DNA from: an uncultured Puniceicoccaceae bacterium | GTDB lineage: Bacteria > Verrucomicrobiota > Verrucomicrobiia > Opitutales > Oceanipulchritudinaceae | NCBI GenBank assembly: GCA_964629165.1 | Contig: CAZVQJ010000001.1 | Span: forward strand, 1-51,473 | Reading direction: 5' to 3' | Length of the DNA: 51,473 nt | Shown: positions 36,986 through 46,562 of the stretch, piece by piece | Layout: every line of letters begins with the position of its first letter | Position numbering within the stretch: the stretch's first letter is position 1 | The notes under the pieces: generated by a model | The model's database searches: none | Told to the model about the DNA's origin: nothing | Seen by the model: the letters and a program-made list of their open reading frames with translations, nothing else | Program-made: the position numbers and the translations under genes

Positions 36986-38227
36986 GTGGCCACGTTAATT
37001 CCCATTGAAACTCCGACATTCACTGAAGTGCGAGTCCTTGTCATAGACGCAGATCCTCAGCTTCTGCGCAGCCTTCAGCGGGCGCGCCCGGAGCTGCTCG
37101 GGGAATGGGACTGCCGGATGGCAGAGAACACCACAGCGGCGGATGAGATCCTTGAAACGTTTCGGGCGGACGTGATCATTGCGGATTACCACGTGTCCTC
37201 GGAACCAAATGGTCTTGAGGTCCTGGAGGAACTCGCGACTCGCTTTCCCGCCTCCATCCGGATCCTGACGGCCGATTATGCTGACCGGCGCATGGCCGTG
37301 CAGGCCGCCTCTGCGATTCACCAGTTCATCCCGAAATCGGATCCGCCATCGGGATTTGTCGAAGCAGTCGAGCGGGCGATCGATCTGCGCAATCTCATTT
37401 CGAATCCCGGGCTGCGTGCGCTTCTGAACGGAATCAGGAGCTTGCCGAGTCTACCGTCGCTCTATCTCGATATCACGCGGGAACTGCGATCGGCGGACCC
37501 GGATATGGATGCGCTGGTCCGCAAGATTTCGACCGATCCGGCGATTACGGCCAAAGTCCTTCAGCTGGTGAACTCGGGCTTTTTTGCCCTCCCGGATCGC
37601 ATTGTCGATGTAGGCGAGGCCAGCCGGTTGCTCGGGATCGAGATGCTACAATCGCTTGTCCTCGTCTCCGGCGTGTTCACCCAGTTTGAGCAGCAGGGAG
37701 GCATCTTCTTGTCGGTAAACAGCTTCTGGAAGCATTCTCTTGCCGTCGCACGCTTGGCGCAGGCCGTTGTGCGCTACCTCCCAGGGGGCGATTCGTTGCG
37801 CCAGGAAGCCTTTACGGCCGGTCTCCTGCACGACATCGGCGAACTGGTTCTGAGCGTGCATCGTCACCGCGAGTACATTCAGGCCAGCCAGTTGGCGATG
37901 AGCGAAAAGTTGCCTCTCTACCGAGTCGAACGGCAGTTTCTGGGGGCATCACATGCCGAGGTAGGCGCTTACCTTGTCAATCTTTGGGGGCTCCCGAACA
38001 CGACCGTCGAGGCGGTTGGCTACCACCACGAACCGAGTGCCAGTCCTGTGCGCACGCCCAGCGTCCTGACTGCCGTGCACTTGGCCAATGCCCTCGAGCA
38101 CCATCGAAAATCGGGATCCCGACTTGGGCCAGGAAGTGATTTCGATCGGCCTTACCTCGCCGGCCTCGGCCTCGAGGACAAGATCGACGAGATGCTCAAC
38201 CTGCACCGGAAGATCCGGCTTCCCTGA
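36986..38227 (+). CDS. response regulator receiver fused to an HDOD domain
   Basis: REC: VRVLVIDAD...DVIIADYHV...IPKS. HDOD: LPSLPSLYLDITREL...ISTDPAITAKVLQLVNSGFF...LLHDIGELVL...GASHAEVGAYL. GTG start at 36986. Confidence 0.85.
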   Translation: MATLIPIETPTFTEVRVLVIDADPQLLRSLQRARPELLGEWDCRMAENTTAADEILETFRADVIIADYHVSSEPNGLEVLEELATRFPASIRILTADYADRRMAVQAASAIHQFIPKSDPPSGFVEAVERAIDLRNLISNPGLRALLNGIRSLPSLPSLYLDITRELRSADPDMDALVRKISTDPAITAKVLQLVNSGFFALPDRIVDVGEASRLLGIEMLQSLVLVSGVFTQFEQQGGIFLSVNSFWKHSLAVARLAQAVVRYLPGGDSLRQEAFTAGLLHDIGELVLSVHRHREYIQASQLAMSEKLPLYRVERQFLGASHAEVGAYLVNLWGLPNTTVEAVGYHHEPSASPVRTPSVLTAVHLANALEHHRKSGSRLGPGSDFDRPYLAGLGLEDKIDEMLNLHRKIRLP

Positions 38228-38239
38228 TGGGGCTGGGGC

Positions 38240-40132
38240 TCAGCGCTTTTCCAGGCGCGTCCGAAGGAGAGCGACCGAGCGTTTCGGGTTCAGGAGAAAA
38301 CGGCGCCCGTCCTCCGTCCTGTCGATTCCCAGCTCGATAAGCGCGATGACTTCGGCCGGTCTCAGGGTGGGGTCGATGGCGAGCAGCTTGCCCGCAAGAT
38401 TGGCGGTGTTCGGGGCGGCCATCGAAGTGCCGGAGAATTTCAAGCGTCGCCCGCCGGGAACAAAACTTTCGATCTCGAAGCCGCTTGCGTGCGCGCGGAT
38501 ATTCTCCCCGTAGCTGGTGAATCCGGTTTCCTCCCCCGCCTGATCGACCGCGCCGACGACGAGCACGTTCGGCAGATCGATCGAACTCGGAATCACCTTG
38601 TTGAAGGCCACATCGCTGTCTGAATTTCCCGCCGCCGGAATGAAAAGGATGTCAGGGGCGGACTCCATCGCGGCAACGAGAGCGTCGTACCCGATGCCGA
38701 AAAGGACACGCGCCATCTCCGCGCGGTGTTCCGGGGAGTCACCCACTCCATTGGCTTCGAGGGCGCCTTCGATTCCCGCCTGGGTACCGCCCCAGCTCAT
38801 ATTCACGACACGCACGCCTGCTTCCTTGAAGTATTCGACGGCATCCCGCATCGCCCGTGCGTTGCGGACCGCTTCCTCGAGAGTGGGTGCCTCCGGGATC
38901 AGGGTGTGTCCGAACGTGATCCGCGCGTTGAGAATGCGTGCCGCCGGATTCCCGGCGGATGCGATGCCTGCAACATGCGTGCCGTGGGTGTAATTACCGA
39001 TCAGGCTGAGACCTTCCACAAAGCTCTGGAACTCGTCGCGTTCCAGTTGGGTCATGCGCTGCCGGGTCGCCGCCGCTTCCTCTGAATCGACCGCCGATTG
39101 TAGATCGATGAGACCTTTTGTGAAGTCGAGGTCGGTGTCGTACGTGGCTAGTTTGTCGTTGCTGAGTGGGTACAAATTGCCCGTCGTCCGATGGCTCCAC
39201 AGGTCCCATGCGGGCCCGTGGATGTCGTCGACGAAGCCGTTGTCGTCGTTGTCGGTTCCATCGGGTTGCTCGGCGGGATTAATCCACATCTGGCCGGTTG
39301 CGAGAAAAATGTCTGCATCGACGCCACTGTCCCACACCGCGATAACGACCGGGGAGAGCCCTTCCTCGGCGGTGAGGTCCACGTCGCGCGTCTCCCAGAT
39401 GTCGGCCTTTTCGATCCGATTCTCGGCAATGTACTGTGAGGTGACGGCGACGATTTCATCGCGCAGGGGAAGAATGTGATCGAAAGTCAGTCGGGTGGAA
39501 GCCAGTCCCGCAACATCGTCGAGGCTGAGGGCACCGTTCTCATCGACCGACTTCTGCACGACACTGTCGATCCGGCCGAGGTAGAGATTGCGGGAAACGT
39601 ACTGGAAGACGCCGTTCGTCTGCTCGATCGAATCCTGCACCAGCTCCCAGGGCAAAGCGTTCACCTTCTCGGCGTAACGTGACTGGAAAATCTCTGCGAG
39701 TTCGGTCCCGGAAAGCTGATCATTTTCTTGATATATCTCCGCGATGGTTTCGAGAACCAGCCCGGAGGTGAGGCGGTCGGCGGGCTTGCTGTGGATCGCC
39801 CGGATCTGCTCGATTTTTTCGATAGCCGCGTCGTATTCGCCTTCGAGAAAGTCCAGCGTGCGCAGGATGTCGAGATACTCCCGAACGGTTGCCGGATCCT
39901 CGATCTGGTACCGCTCGAGGTGGGAGGTCACCTCGGAACGCACCTGTGTGAGGTAGGACTGCAGGCGAGGTTCGTCGTCAAGCAGCTCGGAGACACTTCC
40001 GGTGAATGGATAGGAAACCCGCGGAAGCTGATCAGCCTCGGTGATGACCGTTTTCTCTGCCTCCTGTCCGGCGAGGAACGATGGGGCGAGGAGCGAGGGG
40101 AGAAGGGCGAGGAGGAGGAAGGATCGTTTCAT
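38240..40132 (-). CDS. secreted S8-family (subtilisin-like) serine peptidase
   Basis: Signal peptide MKRSFLLLALLPSLLAPSFLAG. Catalytic triad contexts VIAVWDSGVD (Asp), HGTHVAGI (His) and SGTSMAAP (Ser). A ~250-aa N-terminal extension precedes the catalytic domain. Confidence 0.9.
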   Translation of the reverse strand: MKRSFLLLALLPSLLAPSFLAGQEAEKTVITEADQLPRVSYPFTGSVSELLDDEPRLQSYLTQVRSEVTSHLERYQIEDPATVREYLDILRTLDFLEGEYDAAIEKIEQIRAIHSKPADRLTSGLVLETIAEIYQENDQLSGTELAEIFQSRYAEKVNALPWELVQDSIEQTNGVFQYVSRNLYLGRIDSVVQKSVDENGALSLDDVAGLASTRLTFDHILPLRDEIVAVTSQYIAENRIEKADIWETRDVDLTAEEGLSPVVIAVWDSGVDADIFLATGQMWINPAEQPDGTDNDDNGFVDDIHGPAWDLWSHRTTGNLYPLSNDKLATYDTDLDFTKGLIDLQSAVDSEEAAATRQRMTQLERDEFQSFVEGLSLIGNYTHGTHVAGIASAGNPAARILNARITFGHTLIPEAPTLEEAVRNARAMRDAVEYFKEAGVRVVNMSWGGTQAGIEGALEANGVGDSPEHRAEMARVLFGIGYDALVAAMESAPDILFIPAAGNSDSDVAFNKVIPSSIDLPNVLVVGAVDQAGEETGFTSYGENIRAHASGFEIESFVPGGRRLKFSGTSMAAPNTANLAGKLLAIDPTLRPAEVIALIELGIDRTEDGRRFLLNPKRSVALLRTRLEKR

Positions 40133-40270
40133 GGTTCGGGAAAAGTTGGGTGGCCGAGGCTGACAACCGCGGGGCAGGGTGCAAGCCAGTGATCAAGCAG
40201 GGAAATATTCTCAGCCAGGCCCGCGACGCATTCAGGTTTGCTCCGGAGACGGTTCGCTGGAAGTTGGATA

Positions 40271-41953
40271 ATGATGAAACTTGTCCCTTCCCGTCCTTGC
40301 CGCACACCTCGCTTCATGAGCCGCACGGGTGCCGTCGGCGTTGTCCTGAGCATGCTCCTGGTGGCGTTTCTGGGAGGGTGCGGGAGCGGGGCGAGTCTCG
40401 TCGATGAGGCGACGGAAGAGGGCGTGTTCCTTTTTGACAACGGGGCCGAGCCACAGGGCCTCGATCCGCATCTCGTCACCGGACTCGTCGAGCACCGCGT
40501 CATCAAAGCGCTCCTCGAAGGGCTTGTCGTCGAACATCCGACGGATAGCACAAAAGTCGTTCCGGGGGTGGCGGAGAGATGGGAATCCAGTGACGAGGCG
40601 GATGTATGGACGTTTTACCTGCGAAAGGACGCCCGCTGGTCCAATGGGGATGCGCTCACCGCACATGATTTTATCTATGCCTATCAGCGGATCCTGAACC
40701 CCGAGCTGGGGGCGCCATACGTCGAGATGCTTCACATCATCGAGGGAGCGGAAGCCTACGGCCGGGGTGAAACCGATGACTGGAATGAAGTGGGTGTTAC
40801 GGCCGTCGATGATCATATCCTGCGCTTCGACCTGATCGGGTCGGCGAATTATTTCCCTCTCTTGCTGCCGCACTATACCTATTTCCCACTCCATCGAGGC
40901 ACGATCGAAGCCAGAAACGCCTTTGCCCGCCGGACGAGCGATTGGACCCGCCCTCAACACTACGTCGGGAACGGCCCTTTTGTCCTGGCTGAATGGTTGC
41001 CAAACCAGCGCATTACGGTGGAGAAGAGCCTCACCTACTGGGATGCGGAGAATGTCGCCTTGAACGGTATTCAGTTTTTCCCCTATCAGGATCGGGTCAC
41101 TGCGGTGAACAATTTCCGGGCCGGGCGACTGCACAAGGTGGATCGGGTTCCGTATAACCTGCTCGACGAATTCCGCCGCACGGGAGCCCCTTACCTGGCC
41201 GAGGATCCGATGTTTGCGACCGGTTATATCGGGATCAACACGCGTCATGCGGGGCTCGACGATTCGCGGGTTCGGCGGGCGTTGCATGAGGCGATTGATG
41301 TGCAGCAGATCATCGACCGCGTGACCCGGAACGGGCAGCCGGCCCGGGGTTTCGTGCCCCCGGGCATTGCGGGGTACGACTACATCGATGCGTATGAATA
41401 CAATCCCGACAACGCCCGCAGGTTGCTTGCGGCAGCGGGATACCCGGGAGGCGAGGGTTTTCCCGCACTCACCCTCATTATCGCGAACACGGCGAATAAC
41501 CGCAGTCTCGGTGAGATTCTCCAGAATACCTGGCGCCGGGAGCTTGGCATTGAAGTCCGTCTCGAGAACAAGGAATGGCAGGTCCTCATCTCAGACATGG
41601 ATCAGGGCAACTTCGACCTCTTCCTCATCTCCTGGATTGGAGACTATGTCGATCCCGCCACCTTTCTGAAGATCATGCTCACGGGCGGGGGCAACAACCG
41701 CACCGGATTCAGTGATGATCGCTATGACCGGCTTGTGCAGGAGGCGAGTGGGGAACCGGACCACGACCGACGTCTTGGTCTCCTTGCCGAAGCGGAAGCG
41801 ATCCTGATGGAGGAACGGCCGATCATTCCACTGACCTGGTCATCGAATATCTATCTTCTGCATCCCGACGTGCAGGGCTGGTCGCACGAGAAGCGGATTA
41901 TGGACCAGCCGTGGAAGTTCGTGGAACTTGTCCCGAGCGGCTTTGCGTTCTGA
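40271..41953 (+). CDS. ABC transporter substrate-binding lipoprotein, family 5 (peptide/nickel, OppA/DppA-like), paralog 1
   Basis: Lipobox LVAFLGGCGSG. NGAEPQGLDPH and family-5 SBP core patterns (WSNGDALTAHDF, GNGPFVL..W). Start ATG 40271 (alternatives further downstream). Confidence 0.9.
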   Translation: MMKLVPSRPCRTPRFMSRTGAVGVVLSMLLVAFLGGCGSGASLVDEATEEGVFLFDNGAEPQGLDPHLVTGLVEHRVIKALLEGLVVEHPTDSTKVVPGVAERWESSDEADVWTFYLRKDARWSNGDALTAHDFIYAYQRILNPELGAPYVEMLHIIEGAEAYGRGETDDWNEVGVTAVDDHILRFDLIGSANYFPLLLPHYTYFPLHRGTIEARNAFARRTSDWTRPQHYVGNGPFVLAEWLPNQRITVEKSLTYWDAENVALNGIQFFPYQDRVTAVNNFRAGRLHKVDRVPYNLLDEFRRTGAPYLAEDPMFATGYIGINTRHAGLDDSRVRRALHEAIDVQQIIDRVTRNGQPARGFVPPGIAGYDYIDAYEYNPDNARRLLAAAGYPGGEGFPALTLIIANTANNRSLGEILQNTWRRELGIEVRLENKEWQVLISDMDQGNFDLFLISWIGDYVDPATFLKIMLTGGGNNRTGFSDDRYDRLVQEASGEPDHDRRLGLLAEAEAILMEERPIIPLTWSSNIYLLHPDVQGWSHEKRIMDQPWKFVELVPSGFAF

Positions 41954-42014
41954 TCTTTCGTGCCGGGAGTTCTTCGCCGTTGCGCAACCCACGTCGGGCG
42001 GGCAACGATTTGGC

Positions 42015-43649
42015 ATGCAGGCAATCGCGCGCATCTTCTTCCGTTTCGCATGCGTCTGCGGCGGGCTGTTCCTCGCGGCCGGATGTGGCTCCGGCCTGCC
42101 GGATGCCGACGAAGCGGTGGAACAACAGGTCCTCTTGTACGGCAATGGAGCGGAACCGAAGAGCCTCGACCCTCATCTTGTGACCGGGGTGACCGAGAAT
42201 CACATCATATCGGCGCTTTTTGAAGGGTTGATCAATTACCATCCCACCGATGATTCCCTGCCACTCCCCGGGCTGGCCGCGCGGTGGGAGTCGAATGAGG
42301 CCGCCTCGGTCTGGACCTTCCACCTGCGTCCGGAGGCCCGCTGGTCAGATGGGGAAGCCGTCACGGCGGGTGACTTCATCTACTCCTACGAACGGATCCT
42401 CACCGCCGCCCTCGGCGCCGAATACGCACCGATGCTCTATGTCATCAGAAACGCGCAGGCTTTTCATGAGGGCTCGGTCACGGACTTCCGCGAAGTGGGC
42501 GTTGAGGCGCTCGACAGGCACACGCTGCGCATCTCGCTCGTCGGTTCCACGCCGCACTTCCTCAACATGCTCAAACATTACAGCTGGTTTCCGGTCCGGG
42601 AGGGCGTGATCGAGGCGTTTGGTGGGAGGCTCGACCGGAGCGGTCTCTGGACGAGGCCGGAGAACTTCGTGGGAAACGGTCCGTTTGTCCTCGATGCATG
42701 GAAACCAAACCAGTTCCTCCGCGTAACCAGAAGCGAGACCTATTGGGATGCTGAGACGGTCCGCCTGAACGCGATTGTCTATTTTCCCGTCGAGGACGAC
42801 GCGACGGAATTGCGCATGTTCAACTCTGGCCGGTTGCACTACACGAGCACCGTCCCGACGAACGCCATTCCGGATCTGCGGGTGAATCGGCCGGATGAAT
42901 TTCGCATCGATCCCTACATGGGCACGTATTTCTACCGGCTGAATGTCAGTCGTCCGCCGTTTGACGATGCCCGGGTGCGTGCTGCGCTGAACTGGGCGCT
43001 CGACCGCAGGCAGATCGTGGATCAGGTGACATTGGGCGATCAGCTGCCGGCAACCGCGATGGTTCCCCCGATGCTCGCAGGCTGGGCGAGCCGGGAGTAT
43101 GTCGGATTCGATGTCGGGAAGGCTCGGGCGTTGCTCGCGGAGGCTGGTTATCCGGAAGGGCGAGGCTTTCCGCCTGTCGATCTGCTCTACAACACCTCCG
43201 AAGGACACAAGAAGATCGCCGAGGCCGCCGCCGCCATGTGGCAGCGTCACCTCGGCATTCGCGTCCGTCTCCAGAACAAGGAATGGAAAACCTACCTCGA
43301 TGACCAGTCGGCCCTGAATTTCGACATCGCCCGCGCCGGCTGGATCGCGGACTACCCGGACCCGATCACGTTCCTCGATCTCTGGACGACCGGCAACGGA
43401 AACAACAACACCGGGTGGAGCGATGTCCCCTTTGATCAACTCATTCAGAAAGCGTTCCGGAGTGCCACCGAAGAGGAGCATTTCGAGGTCCTGCGCAAGG
43501 CGGAGGACCGGCTCTTCGAGGAGCTGCCGATTGTCCCCGTCTATTGGTACACCCGGGTTTACCTGATCGACAAGCGCGTGCGCAACTGGCACCCCAAGGC
43601 ACTCGACAACCGCCCCTGGAAACATGTCTACCTTGCCGACGATGATTAG
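42015..43649 (+). CDS. ABC transporter substrate-binding lipoprotein, family 5 (OppA/DppA-like), paralog 2
   Basis: Lipobox LFLAAGCGSG. NGAEPKSLDPH, WSDGEAVTAGDF, GNGPFVLDAW. Colinear similarity to paralog 1. Confidence 0.9.
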   Translation: MQAIARIFFRFACVCGGLFLAAGCGSGLPDADEAVEQQVLLYGNGAEPKSLDPHLVTGVTENHIISALFEGLINYHPTDDSLPLPGLAARWESNEAASVWTFHLRPEARWSDGEAVTAGDFIYSYERILTAALGAEYAPMLYVIRNAQAFHEGSVTDFREVGVEALDRHTLRISLVGSTPHFLNMLKHYSWFPVREGVIEAFGGRLDRSGLWTRPENFVGNGPFVLDAWKPNQFLRVTRSETYWDAETVRLNAIVYFPVEDDATELRMFNSGRLHYTSTVPTNAIPDLRVNRPDEFRIDPYMGTYFYRLNVSRPPFDDARVRAALNWALDRRQIVDQVTLGDQLPATAMVPPMLAGWASREYVGFDVGKARALLAEAGYPEGRGFPPVDLLYNTSEGHKKIAEAAAAMWQRHLGIRVRLQNKEWKTYLDDQSALNFDIARAGWIADYPDPITFLDLWTTGNGNNNTGWSDVPFDQLIQKAFRSATEEEHFEVLRKAEDRLFEELPIVPVYWYTRVYLIDKRVRNWHPKALDNRPWKHVYLADDD

Positions 43650-43701
43650 GATGCCGTTCCGTTTGCCTGTCCCGGGCGCTCCTGCACTCTGCTCATAGCC
43701 G

Positions 43702-44637
43702 ATGTTCAAGTTCATCCTTTACCGCCTCCTGCAGTCGGTGGTCGTGCTCTTCGCCATTCTCACCGTGACGTTTTTCATGGTGCGGCTGGCACCCGGCGGA
43801 CCCTTTTCATCCGAACGGAGAATGCCGGAGTATATTCTCGAGCGGGTGAACGAATACTACGGGTTGAACGACCCCTGGCTCGTCCAGTATGGGAACTACC
43901 TCGGCAATCTGTTCCGGGGCGATCTGGGTCCAAGCTTCAGCGAAACACGCACCGTGAACGAGATCATCGCGGCGACGTTTCCGGTTTCGTTGGAGTTGGG
44001 TGCCTGGGCGCTTCTTGTCTCGGTCATCCTTGGAATCCCGGTCGGGATCCTCGCCGCGGTGAAGCGGAACACGCCGCTCGACTACGGGCCGATGGCGGTG
44101 GCGATGGTCGGTATCTGCCTGCCGACATTTGTGATGGGTCCGGTCCTTGCCCTCATCTTCGGCGTCTGGCTGGGCCAGGTCGGGCCAATCAGGTTCAGTG
44201 TTTCGGGTTGGTTCACGCCAACCGACCGGATTCTTCCGGTCTTCACCCTCGGGCTGGTCTACGCCGCCTATCTCGCCCGCATCACCCGGGGCGGTCTGCT
44301 CGAAATCCTCACCCAGGACTTCATCCGCACAGCTCGCTCCAAAGGGGTGCCCTTCTTCACCATTATCTGGAAGCACACCCTCAAAGGAGGCCTCCTCCCG
44401 GTGATTTCCTTCATGGGACCCGCTCTCGCTGGTATCATCAGTGGCTCCTTTGTGGTCGAGACGATTTTCCAGATCCCGGGCATGGGCAGGCAGTTCGTGA
44501 TGTCGGCGTTCAACCGGGACTATTTTCTCGTGCAGGGAACAGTGCTTGTTTACGCCACGCTCATCACGCTCGCCAACCTCGGCGTGGACGTGCTCCAGGT
44601 CATTTTGAATCCACGTCTGCGCTTCGAAGAGAAATGA
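43702..44637 (+). CDS. peptide ABC transporter permease (OppB/DppB-like)
   Basis: MFKFILYRLLQSVVVLFAILTVTFFM and the EAA-type loop YAAYLARITRGGLLEILTQDFIRTARSKG. Confidence 0.9.
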   Translation: MFKFILYRLLQSVVVLFAILTVTFFMVRLAPGGPFSSERRMPEYILERVNEYYGLNDPWLVQYGNYLGNLFRGDLGPSFSETRTVNEIIAATFPVSLELGAWALLVSVILGIPVGILAAVKRNTPLDYGPMAVAMVGICLPTFVMGPVLALIFGVWLGQVGPIRFSVSGWFTPTDRILPVFTLGLVYAAYLARITRGGLLEILTQDFIRTARSKGVPFFTIIWKHTLKGGLLPVISFMGPALAGIISGSFVVETIFQIPGMGRQFVMSAFNRDYFLVQGTVLVYATLITLANLGVDVLQVILNPRLRFEEK

Positions 44638-45557
44638 GCCTGCGTCACCATCTTTCTCCTACTGAGGAACGGCTTCCCGCCGGGGCTATCGACCCGGAAT
44701 CCCTCGAGTCCGGAAGTTCCCTCTGGCAGGACGCGTGGGCGCGGCTGAAGAAAAACCGCCTCGCCCTGATCAGCTTCTGGATCATCGTATTGGTGGCGGC
44801 TTTCTGTTTCCTTGGCCCCTTCCTGACGTCCGCCCATTACACGCAGCAGGACCTCTCGCGCACACTGCAATCCCCCAGTTTCGCGCATCCCTTCGGCACC
44901 GACGACCTCGGGCGCGACCAGCTCGAACGCGTCATGGTGGGAGGACGGGTCTCCCTCGGCGTGGGCATCATCGCCACCACGGTTTCCCTTGTCATCGGCG
45001 TCGCCTACGGAGCGACTGCCGCCTACGTAGGTGGCAAGACAGACGGCGTCATGATGCGGTTTGTCGATCTACTCTATGCACTCCCGTTCACGATTTTCGT
45101 CATTCTCCTGATGACGATCTTCGAGCGCAGCATCCTGATCCTCTTTGCCGTCATCGGCGCGGTCGAGTGGCTCACGATGGCGCGGATCGTCCGGGGGCAG
45201 GTACGCAGCTTGCGGAAACAGGAGTTCATCGAGGCGGCGCAGTCACTGGGGCTCTCGGGCACCCGGATTGTCTTTCGGCATATTATCCCGAACGTGCTGG
45301 GGGTCGTTGCGGTGTATGCCACCCTGACGGTTCCGGCGGTCATGCTCCTCGAGAGTTTTCTCAGCTTTCTCGGGCTCGGCGTGCAGCCGCCTTTGCCGTC
45401 GTGGGGATATCTGATCAAGCTCGGCGCGGACAACATGCAACTCTTTCCACACCTCCTCCTCATTCCCGCATTTTTCTTTTCCCTCACGCTCTTCTGCCTG
45501 AATTTTCTCGGCGATGGTTTGCGCGATGCGCTGGATCCACAATCGAGCAAGGACTAA
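44634..45557 (+). CDS. peptide ABC transporter permease (OppC/DppC-like)
   Basis: SLWQDAWARLKKNRLALISF, PFGTDDLGRD and the FIEAAQSLGLS motif. ATGA overlap with the preceding permease at 44634-44637. Confidence 0.9.
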   Translation: MSLRHHLSPTEERLPAGAIDPESLESGSSLWQDAWARLKKNRLALISFWIIVLVAAFCFLGPFLTSAHYTQQDLSRTLQSPSFAHPFGTDDLGRDQLERVMVGGRVSLGVGIIATTVSLVIGVAYGATAAYVGGKTDGVMMRFVDLLYALPFTIFVILLMTIFERSILILFAVIGAVEWLTMARIVRGQVRSLRKQEFIEAAQSLGLSGTRIVFRHIIPNVLGVVAVYATLTVPAVMLLESFLSFLGLGVQPPLPSWGYLIKLGADNMQLFPHLLLIPAFFFSLTLFCLNFLGDGLRDALDPQSSKD

Positions 45558-45563
45558 CGCCTC

Positions 45564-46562
45564 ATGCCCATTCTGGATATCAAGGATCTCACGACCCGGT
45601 TTCACACCCGCAACGGGGTCGTGCGTGCGGTCGAAGAACTTTCCTTTCAGCTGAAGAAGGGAGAAACGCTGGGCATCGTCGGTGAATCGGGTTCCGGAAA
45701 ATCGGTGACCTGCTATTCGCTCCTTGGCCTGATTCCCCAACCGCCCGGACGCATCGAGAAGGGGACCGCCCTCTTTGATGGTAAAACGGACCTCCTTCAC
45801 TGTGAGCGCAGAGAACTCGAGAGCATCCGTGGCCGGCGCATCGCGATGATCTTTCAGGATCCGATGACTTCGCTGAATCCCTACCTGAAGATTTCCACGC
45901 AACTGATCGAGCCGCTCCTTGTGCACGAAAAGGCGACTCGCCGGGAGGCTCTGAAAAGGGGCATCGCGGCGCTCGAGGAGGTCGGCTTGCCCGAGGCCGC
46001 GAAGCGCATTCATTTCTACCCACACGAGTTTTCGGGCGGCATGCGTCAGCGTGTGATGATTGCGATGGCCATGATCACCCAGCCGGATGTGCTCATCGCC
46101 GATGAACCGACGACGGCCCTCGACGTGACTGTTCAGGCACAGATTCTCGAGCTGATACGGGCCCGCCAGGCGGCGAACAACAGTGCGGTCATTCTTGTGA
46201 CGCATGATCTTGGGGTGGTCGCCGGGATGTGTGACCGAATCATCGTGATGTACGCCGGCCAGGCAGTCGAAGTGGGCACCGCCGACGATATTTTCGCCGG
46301 CCCCCGCCATCCCTATACGATCGCCTTGCAACGCTCGATACCGTCGCTCGGTTCAAAGGGAAAACCGCTCTACACGATCCCCGGCCTGCCCCCGGATCTG
46401 AGCCAGCCAATTCCAGGAGATGCGTTTGCGATGCGGAAAGGCATCCGCAGCGGGGGGCGCTGGGCGAGCGAGCGTCCGCCTCTCGTGCAGGTTTCCGATT
46501 CGCATTGGGTCCGTGAGAGCGATGTTGAGCTTCCCCCGCTGGAGGAGGTGCTCGATGGCTGA
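45564..46562 (+). CDS. peptide ABC transporter ATP-binding protein (OppD/DppD-like)
   Basis: Walker A GESGSGKSV, signature FSGGMRQRVMIAMA, Walker B LIADEPTTALD, and the C-terminal oligopeptide-type extension (HPYT). Confidence 0.9.
   Translation: MPILDIKDLTTRFHTRNGVVRAVEELSFQLKKGETLGIVGESGSGKSVTCYSLLGLIPQPPGRIEKGTALFDGKTDLLHCERRELESIRGRRIAMIFQDPMTSLNPYLKISTQLIEPLLVHEKATRREALKRGIAALEEVGLPEAAKRIHFYPHEFSGGMRQRVMIAMAMITQPDVLIADEPTTALDVTVQAQILELIRARQAANNSAVILVTHDLGVVAGMCDRIIVMYAGQAVEVGTADDIFAGPRHPYTIALQRSIPSLGSKGKPLYTIPGLPPDLSQPIPGDAFAMRKGIRSGGRWASERPPLVQVSDSHWVRESDVELPPLEEVLDG

Noticed and set aside
40232-41287. 351-aa minus-strand ORF antisense to SBP paralog 1. Similar ORFs run antisense to SBP2 (42345..43715), antisense to oppD (45243..46331) and through the GT region (15710..16750, 24987..25916)
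   Set aside because: All lie opposite genes with strong family motifs and show the Arg/Gly/Pro/Asp bias of GC-rich antisense frames.
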